Virus record (IMG/VR): IMGVR_UViG_3300033997_000077
Span: 65,993 to 129,992 of that record
From: a virus
Length of the DNA stretch: 64,000 nt
Reading direction: 5' to 3' (one strand)
Part shown: positions 57,622 to 64,000 of the stretch, in pieces
Numbering within the stretch: the stretch's first letter is position 1
Layout of the letters: the number at the start of each line of letters is the position of its first letter
Made by a program: the position numbers and the translations under genes
Notes under the pieces: generated by a model
What the model was told of the DNA's origin: nothing
Seen by the model: only the letters and a program-made list of their open reading frames with translations
Database searches by the model: none

Positions 57622-58323
57622 TTATGAGTGCTTGCCGATCACTGCCATTCGTGACGCGGGGTTTTCTGCGCCAGCTACTAGGTTCGCGTTCGCTTTCATA
57701 AGGGAAGCCACTAACTTTCTTTGTTTGGATACGCGCTTCTGCTTCAATGACTCGAAGCCGTCCTCGATAGCGCGTAGCATGGTTGCTCTCTTAACGGAGT
57801 CTGGTATGAATTTTGTTTTGGACAGTAGAAGTCCGAGGGTTTCCATGTCGAGCACAAGGGACGACATTTCTTCGACGTTGCGGTCTACAGATGCCTCTAC
57901 ACCAAACACGTCAAGTAGGATAGCCTCGAACTCTGAGGCAGCACGGTCAGCAGCTAACACACTGTGCCCACCGTGCTCCATCAGCAAGGTTCTGAATTCG
58001 TTGGTAAGCCCTTCCATCCGCTGGCGTGCTTCCGCTTCCTCTGCTTCCGAATAGGACACAAAGTTTTCGGGCACGTCCACCGTGTCGCGCGTCACCATGA
58101 TCGTTGACCCAGCATCCTGCTCAAGCCACTCGGCATCTTCCGTAAGGTCGATTTCGTTTTGTGGTTTGCGCGAAGGGGAGTCCACAGGATCGTGTTTAGT
58201 GCGCGGCGGCTCACTGGCTTCTGCCACGTCGATACCGAGCGGCCAGAAGTCGAGCATGTACTCACTGTCAACGTGAAAGTCGTGACCCGAAGGCCACGAC
58301 TCAGATATGCGCTTCTTAAACAA
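57622..58323 (-). CDS. hypothetical protein upstream of terL (candidate small terminase or packaging factor)
   Basis: 233 aa, acidic N-terminal half and helical C-terminal half; positional inference only; start uncertain. Confidence 0.55.
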   Translation of the reverse strand: MFKKRISESWPSGHDFHVDSEYMLDFWPLGIDVAEASEPPRTKHDPVDSPSRKPQNEIDLTEDAEWLEQDAGSTIMVTRDTVDVPENFVSYSEAEEAEARQRMEGLTNEFRTLLMEHGGHSVLAADRAASEFEAILLDVFGVEASVDRNVEEMSSLVLDMETLGLLLSKTKFIPDSVKRATMLRAIEDGFESLKQKRVSKQRKLVASLMKANANLVAGAENPASRMAVIGKHS

Positions 58324-59800
58324 CTGAACTCAACTCCAATTCACCAAAGCCACGGGCCTTCGGCTTGTCTTTGGGTTTCCGGCTAAAGCGCTCACTGCGA
58401 TCACCAGACTTAACGGGGCGCTTTTTCTTGGGGGTAGGCGCATCGTCATCGTCATCGGCTTTCGCTTTCTCTCGCCGCATGTCGTCGCGGTTCGCATCGC
58501 CTCGGCTGGCTTGGGCCTTGGCCGCACGGGCACCCGCACTCATGGTCGCAAAGTCTTCGGCAACGAGGAACCCAAACAGTTCGCCGTCACGCGCTTTCTC
58601 AACTTCCATTGGCAGTTCGTGGGTGGCTCGCACTTCCGCATCCACGTAGCTCCACGTGATCAGCACGTCCGCATGCTCGTTCATACCGCGCGAGTAACGG
58701 ACTTTACCGCTCTCACTGTCGAGCTGAACAAGGATGATGTAGAGGCGCTGGTTCTGCGTGGCGTGAATCTTGGCTTTACGCACAGCCTCACTGAGGGTTG
58801 CCGCTTGGTTGTTGGTGTCGATGTCTTCGAGCAAGCCGATGTAGTCGATGATGGTAACTTGGTCGTTGTTGGCAGCCGTCATATACAGCACGTCGTCCAT
58901 AGTCATCCCGCGCGGGGGCGAGGTGTACTTGAACGCACCGCCAGCTTTCTCCAAGTCCCGATCAATCTTCTCCATTGCGGCATAGATGCGGCGCTTCTCT
59001 GCACGGGTCAGGGTCGCGTTCTTGATCTTGTTGAACTCGACGCCGGACATTGCCGACATATAACGCTTGGTCTCTTGCTCTGCTGTCATCTCCAACGTGA
59101 TCCGGCTAACGGCAATCCCGTTGAGCATCGCCATGTCGTGACCAATGTTCATGGACACGGCAGACTTACCGCCCGAGGTTGTTGCCGCCAGCAGCACGAC
59201 GCCAGTGGTAGGCAGACCGAAGTTGCGCTGATCGTATTCAGTCAATCCCGTCAGGTACAGCTTTTCTTTCGGGGCCTCCAACACCTGCTTCGCCAGCTTC
59301 AGACCAGAGCCGCGCTGCCCAGCACCAAAGCCATAGATCTTGGCTTCAGCGATTGCGTCGCGTCCTATGTTCTGCATGCCTTCGATTATGCGGGCGTGTA
59401 GGTCTTCCTCGTCAAAATCTTCACTCTCCTTTTCCTTCAGGCCATCATTGATCATCCGAGAGATTGCGAGCAGTGCGCGACGCTTGCTGTACTTGCCCAG
59501 AGCCCTAGCGAACTTGTCGTAGTGCTTCTTCAGTACGGGCTTAACATCGTCCTCGTCGCGCAGTAACTCGCGTGCCTCTTCGTTTAGTCGAGGGTCTTCG
59601 CACAGCGCTTCCCAGTCAGGCAACTCCCCATCTTCCCGCGCCAGTCGTTGCAATCGCACGAACGCGTTGCGCGTTGGGTCAACGCCGAAGTGTTTGGCAT
59701 TGAGTCGCCCCAGCAGAGATAGTCGGTAGTGCTTGTCGACCTTGACGTCGGTTAAGCTGCGCAGCGCGCGCAGCTCAAGGTTTAGTGAGTGTAGCTCCAT
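58316..59800 (-). CDS. DnaB-like replicative helicase
   Basis: LLAATTSGGKS, ITLEMT, IIDYIGLL, ILVQL, HADV, EKARDG. Confidence 0.85.
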   Translation of the reverse strand: MELHSLNLELRALRSLTDVKVDKHYRLSLLGRLNAKHFGVDPTRNAFVRLQRLAREDGELPDWEALCEDPRLNEEARELLRDEDDVKPVLKKHYDKFARALGKYSKRRALLAISRMINDGLKEKESEDFDEEDLHARIIEGMQNIGRDAIAEAKIYGFGAGQRGSGLKLAKQVLEAPKEKLYLTGLTEYDQRNFGLPTTGVVLLAATTSGGKSAVSMNIGHDMAMLNGIAVSRITLEMTAEQETKRYMSAMSGVEFNKIKNATLTRAEKRRIYAAMEKIDRDLEKAGGAFKYTSPPRGMTMDDVLYMTAANNDQVTIIDYIGLLEDIDTNNQAATLSEAVRKAKIHATQNQRLYIILVQLDSESGKVRYSRGMNEHADVLITWSYVDAEVRATHELPMEVEKARDGELFGFLVAEDFATMSAGARAAKAQASRGDANRDDMRREKAKADDDDDAPTPKKKRPVKSGDRSERFSRKPKDKPKARGFGELELSSVV

Positions 59801-59808
59801 CGATCCAC

Positions 59809-60150
59809 CTAAGCAGCGAGCGTTTGACGTACCCCATCAACGATCACGCTGTTGGCTTTCATCCAAGCATCTAGCTTGGGGCTTGCCTTCAGGCGCATCA
59901 GTTGGGTTTTGCTCGCGTTCCACACGGTCAGCGCATTGAACCCAGCTACGGATCGCAATGCGGCAATGGCGTCTTCACAGGCGTCAGGCGTAAACGCATG
60001 TTGCTTCTGAAGACGGTTCAACAACTTGCCCATGCTAACAGGATCTTGCAAGGTGGACAGTTCGGCAATCGCAGTTGCGATTACGAGACGCCGATAGTCC
60101 GGCGTCTGAGCGTTACGAAAGAACGAGAAAATAATTGCTTCATTCATCAT
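59809..60150 (-). CDS. hypothetical protein (possible winged helix)
   Basis: 113 aa, coupled; helix-turn-helix-like pattern. Confidence 0.55.
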   Translation of the reverse strand: MMNEAIIFSFFRNAQTPDYRRLVIATAIAELSTLQDPVSMGKLLNRLQKQHAFTPDACEDAIAALRSVAGFNALTVWNASKTQLMRLKASPKLDAWMKANSVIVDGVRQTLAA

Positions 60151-61262
60151 AGGAGAATCATCGCCATTTCAGTCATGCCCTTCTGGACGTGGGCGGGAGA
60201 GACCCCGAGCCATTTACCGAGGACTTCAGCCAGATATGCCACAGGCTTATCAATCAACCACTCGCGCACAGTTTTGGTCTCAGAGCGGAGCAGTCGTTTT
60301 TGTCGCAGGAACTCTGCGAAGGCCGGAACATTCCGACCGAGCAATACGCTGTAGAGCGCAAAGCGTTTTGGCTTGCACTTCGCAATCTTGAACAGCGAAT
60401 CGACCGAGCGTGAGAATTCGAAGTTGTGAAGCTCAAGAGAATCGTCGCATCCTCCCATCTCTTCAATGGACACTGCGGAGTCACCGCCAGCACTGAACTT
60501 GTTGAGGTGCGATTCACTCGCCTCAATCAGACTGTACCGCGTCTCGCCGTTCTCAGTCACCTTCACCTGCCGCTTGCGCTTCTCAGCGGAGTGGTAATTG
60601 GCGAGGTTCTTGATTCGGCTGTGCAACGCGGAGCACAGATAGTTCTGCACGTGGTCGTCACTCTTGTGTGTCGGCAAAATGCTGTAGTAAACAGAGATCA
60701 CCTGTGCAGTGATCTCCGTGTTCAGATCCGCAGTCCGGCAGTTGTGGGCTTTCGCCACCCAACGCAGGTTACGGTTAACGTGCTTCGCGATGGAGTCAGT
60801 GAGACCGACGATCACATTGTGCCCGAGCTGCAATGCCTCACGGTAAGCATTCAGGTCAAGGCTCTCGGCGGTGAAGCCTTCGTCAACCAAGCGGGAGCGA
60901 ACCGCATTGAGGTAGTGACGTTGGCCGAACATCGCAATCACACGCTTGGCGTCGCACTTGCTGACGCCATACTTTGGAGCAGTCGCGGTAAGGTGGCGGG
61001 TGCTTACCTTGCCGTACTTGAGGGCCGCGTACCCAGCAAAGAATTTCAGCGCGACGCCGACGTATTCGGTATCGTGCAGTTCAGTACGGAAACGCGCCGG
61101 AGTCAGTTCACTATGGAACGAGCAGGCTTTCGCAAAACGTTGATGGTACACTTTGATCGGGGTGCCGTAGGCTCGCAGTAAGTAGAGAATCACCTCTTCG
61201 AAGATCGGAGAGTTGACGTCGAGTTCGTTGGCGGTGATCAAAGTGTGCAGGTCGTTACGCAT
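60147..61262 (-). CDS. hypothetical protein with sigma-70 region 2-like segment (putative phage sigma factor)
   Basis: NLRWVAKAH..TADLNTEI...QNYLCSALHSRIKNLANY...KRKR. Confidence 0.4.
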   Translation of the reverse strand: MRNDLHTLITANELDVNSPIFEEVILYLLRAYGTPIKVYHQRFAKACSFHSELTPARFRTELHDTEYVGVALKFFAGYAALKYGKVSTRHLTATAPKYGVSKCDAKRVIAMFGQRHYLNAVRSRLVDEGFTAESLDLNAYREALQLGHNVIVGLTDSIAKHVNRNLRWVAKAHNCRTADLNTEITAQVISVYYSILPTHKSDDHVQNYLCSALHSRIKNLANYHSAEKRKRQVKVTENGETRYSLIEASESHLNKFSAGGDSAVSIEEMGGCDDSLELHNFEFSRSVDSLFKIAKCKPKRFALYSVLLGRNVPAFAEFLRQKRLLRSETKTVREWLIDKPVAYLAEVLGKWLGVSPAHVQKGMTEMAMILL

Positions 61263-61286
61263 TGGTTAGGCTCTCAAGATTGAAGA

Positions 61287-62174
61287 TTAGACAAGGGAGG
61301 AAAGTTCGAGTTCGCCGCTGGACTTGCGAGCAGGGCGTTTCTTTTTCTTCCGAGCGCGGTAGGCGGAATCGCCCAGCACTTGGACGTCATCGTCAGTAAA
61401 CTCGTCACCGACGCGACCGAGGAATTCACCTCGCTCCAACTTGTCTACCATGTCGCGCAGGTCAACCAGATTACGGTCACCCTGTGCACCACGCTTGCGC
61501 TTCGGCTTAGACCGCAGCACGTCTTCAATATCAAGAATGACTGCCCCCAGTTCTTCCTTACGCACCTTGTACGTCACGGGCTCTTCCGGAGCAAGGCGAC
61601 GACTGGTCTCGTTCTGAGGGTCGAAAAATTTCTTATCCCGTTTCATCTTCTTCAGCAGAGGTCTGAAGGACGGAGCATCGTACAGCACAGGGCCATCGAA
61701 CGTGCCTGACGCGGGCAGGTCGAAGGTCAGTGCCGTCTGCCCATCACTGGACATCAGGCGCACTACGCCGTCACCAGCATCCATCACGGTGCAAGCCATG
61801 AAGTTGCTGGTGTAGTCACGGCCAACGTAAGAGCGGTAGCGAACGAACATCCGCTGCCCAAAGCGCAGCCCGTGATTGCGAGTCTTGTGCTCGTTCATCA
61901 AGGTTGCTGCCACAATACGTAGGTCACGTGGATCGAACTTCTTTATGAGATTGGACAACTGACGCAGGGCAACGCGAGCGTCCGTATCCAAAGAAAACAC
62001 ATCAGGGCGGAACCGAGCGCATGGCTTGGTTTCCGGCAACGTTCCCGTTTGGGAGCAGACCTTGGCAGCCTTCCCGTCGTCGCCAACCGGATGAAGTGCG
62101 CGCCGCGATAATCCTTCGCAGTCACCACAGCTTACGGTTATTCCCTGAGTTCCTTGTTTTGTTTTCTTTTTCAT
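61287..62174 (-). CDS. hypothetical protein with N-terminal Cys4 Zn finger and basic C-terminal tail
   Basis: CGDC...C...PC; ends GELELSSLV. Confidence 0.65.
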   Translation of the reverse strand: MKKKTKQGTQGITVSCGDCEGLSRRALHPVGDDGKAAKVCSQTGTLPETKPCARFRPDVFSLDTDARVALRQLSNLIKKFDPRDLRIVAATLMNEHKTRNHGLRFGQRMFVRYRSYVGRDYTSNFMACTVMDAGDGVVRLMSSDGQTALTFDLPASGTFDGPVLYDAPSFRPLLKKMKRDKKFFDPQNETSRRLAPEEPVTYKVRKEELGAVILDIEDVLRSKPKRKRGAQGDRNLVDLRDMVDKLERGEFLGRVGDEFTDDDVQVLGDSAYRARKKKKRPARKSSGELELSSLV

Positions 62175-62646
62175 TATTGTTAAGTCCTTTACTCGATGCG
62201 GTAAAGTCGATACAGAAAAGCAAAGCCTGTGATATGCTTTTCAGATTTGCATCCCGCTTGATTACTTCAAGCGCGTACCGACGATATGGGTCTACGGTCA
62301 AGGCAGGTAGCACGGTCGTTTTATCCTCGCGCTCAACTGGAGGGTATAGCATAGCGCCAACTAATACCCGTAACCATCGCTCGGCTCTTTGTTCGTCCGA
62401 TACTCTGGCCCAGTAACTTCCGACTACCTTCTTCTTGCCCGTTCCTCTAACGATAGCGAACACTGCACTAGCCTTTGCGTGCAGTGCTGTGTGGCATGAG
62501 CCACAGAGCGGTATCTGAAGTTCGGCATGGCCGCCCAGCGATCTCGGCACAGTGTGGTGCCAGTGGATCGACGCGAAGTAATGCTCGCAGATATAACATT
62601 GCGTATGAGCACCATTCGTTATGGCGGCTGCCTTCAGTTCAGACAC
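62122..62646 (-). CDS. HNH endonuclease
   Basis: CYIC...HWHHTVPRSLGG...LCGSCHTALH. Confidence 0.8.
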   Translation of the reverse strand: MSELKAAAITNGAHTQCYICEHYFASIHWHHTVPRSLGGHAELQIPLCGSCHTALHAKASAVFAIVRGTGKKKVVGSYWARVSDEQRAERWLRVLVGAMLYPPVEREDKTTVLPALTVDPYRRYALEVIKRDANLKSISQALLFCIDFTASSKGLNNNEKENKTRNSGNNRKLW

Positions 62647-62650
62647 GTGG

Positions 62651-64000
62651 TTACGCCCAAGCGAGCGTCCAGCTGGTCACAAGATCCCCGTTTCCACCGG
62701 AGAGCGCGTGAAGGGCTCGGACGTAGTGCTTCGGTGCGATCCACATATACACGTAGTCGACGTTCTTGACCTTGTGCAGCAGCTTGCCCGAGACCTTCGC
62801 GTATTCAACGGAGAGCTTCGAGTTAGCTAGGTCGAGAATGTGATCCGCGTATTCGCGCACCATCTCGTCAGAGGATTTCTTTGCCTGCTTGTGCTTGTTG
62901 GAGATCAGCTTCTTGGCAGTCTCCGCACCTTCTTGCACCGTGGTAATGGACTTCTGCAATTCGTCGGAACGTTTGCGGAGGTCGGCCAGCTGATCAGCGA
63001 TGGCAACGCGGGCGCGTTGGCTCTTCTGTGTCGCACTGGCGGCGGTCAACTCAGCAATCTCGGTGTCAACCTTCTTCAGGTTGGCTTTGAGGTTCTTGAG
63101 CATCTTGATGTCGTTGTTGGAGCGGCGCGCGTCGTTCTGCGATTCTCGGTGGAATGCCTCGGCGTCAGAGCGACGCATCACGATCAGCGCTTGGTCTTCA
63201 ACAATGAACGTCCCGTTGTTGAACTTCTCGTAGGAGAACGGCACAGCCTTCATGCCATTCTTCGCCAGAGTGTCGGGGCGAATGTTGCGATGCGCGAACG
63301 TCACCCGCAGCGGCAGGCGAATCTGCTTGATGCCGTTGGGCTGGACGTTCAGGGCGCTCAGCTTCGGGCCGTATTCGCGTTCGAGTTTGCGGGTGAGTTC
63401 CACGGCTTGGGCCGCGCGCACCACGCTTTCGGTGTCTTGTCGTTGAGCCGCGTTGTCAGCGCTGGTAAGCAGCAGTGAGCTAACGGTTTCCAGTACGAGG
63501 CGGGCCGTGTTGGAATCCGTGTACGCCAGCAGCTGGTCAACGAGCGGGCCGCGACGGCGGGCATACTGGTCGGCCTCGGCGCGAGGCAGTCCAGCAAACC
63601 AGCGCTTAGTCAGCGCCTTGAGTTCGACTTTGGAATCGGTCGAGATCAGGGCAGCAAGGAATGCAGGTGTTGTAAGAGATTCGGTGGGTGCTACGCCATC
63701 GCGCACGGTCTCAGCTTTGACAATGAGGTTGCGCGCGTTGGTCAGCTGCAACTCGACACCTTCCAACATTGTGGAGAGTGAGTTGCATTCTTTGCGATAG
63801 TCAGCGAAAGCAATCTTGCGAGCCGTCACCACTTTGGCGAGGCTGGTAAGCCGCTTGTTCACGGTGTCGAGAACAATGCGCGCATCTGCAAGGTCGGTAA
63901 TCACTGCAACAGACTGCTTCGGCGCTGCCCGCAAATCAGCGGTGGCCGCAGCAGTGGCCCCGTTGATTGTCAGGGCGATCTGGCTGGGTTTGTTCGAGGT
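62651..64000 (-). CDS. coiled-coil hypothetical protein, 5'-truncated by the window edge
   Basis: Frame stays open from 63934 to 64000 with no stop. Confidence 0.7.
   Translation of the reverse strand, partial: TSNKPSQIALTINGATAAATADLRAAPKQSVAVITDLADARIVLDTVNKRLTSLAKVVTARKIAFADYRKECNSLSTMLEGVELQLTNARNLIVKAETVRDGVAPTESLTTPAFLAALISTDSKVELKALTKRWFAGLPRAEADQYARRRGPLVDQLLAYTDSNTARLVLETVSSLLLTSADNAAQRQDTESVVRAAQAVELTRKLEREYGPKLSALNVQPNGIKQIRLPLRVTFAHRNIRPDTLAKNGMKAVPFSYEKFNNGTFIVEDQALIVMRRSDAEAFHRESQNDARRSNNDIKMLKNLKANLKKVDTEIAELTAASATQKSQRARVAIADQLADLRKRSDELQKSITTVQEGAETAKKLISNKHKQAKKSSDEMVREYADHILDLANSKLSVEYAKVSGKLLHKVKNVDYVYMWIAPKHYVRALHALSGGNGDLVTSWTLAWA

Noticed and set aside
1-64000. tRNA, rRNA, CRISPR arrays, stop-codon reassignment
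   Set aside because: Intergenic gaps are very short with no cloverleaf or repeat-spacer pattern seen; TAA, TAG and TGA all end genes normally

Overview
Densely coding segment of a large contractile-tailed (myovirus-type, probably jumbo) dsDNA phage genome. Gene content and style recall Lu11/PaBG/RSL1-type jumbo phages of Proteobacteria, but that is inference, not a search result. Positions 1-12.9 kb are mostly + strand. They carry a beta-class DNA methyltransferase fused in frame to a Lys/Ala-rich domain, a dTTP-supply set (dCMP deaminase, ThyA, DHFR, Tmk), an M15 endolysin, an orphan DUF1778 antitoxin and many hypotheticals. Positions 12.9-64 kb are - strand. Left to right by coordinate they carry spanin/holin genes, an array of small paralogous adhesin-like modules, fibre proteins, four collagen-like genes, large multi-domain tail proteins, baseplate genes, PAAR, a macrodomain-like protein, a 5'-3' exonuclease, a probable portal, an intein-containing large terminase, a DnaB helicase, a sigma-like protein and an HNH nuclease. 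No tRNA, rRNA, CRISPR array or integrase was seen. Best leads: (1) a shared C-terminal GELELSS[LV]V tail on DnaB and on a Zn-finger protein next to the sigma-like gene; (2) a plug-in adhesin array with possibly heterotrimeric collagen fibres; (3) a methyltransferase that may be virion-targeted; (4) an orphan antitoxin and a macrodomain as candidate anti-defence proteins. All calls come from reading motifs by eye; no database search was run.
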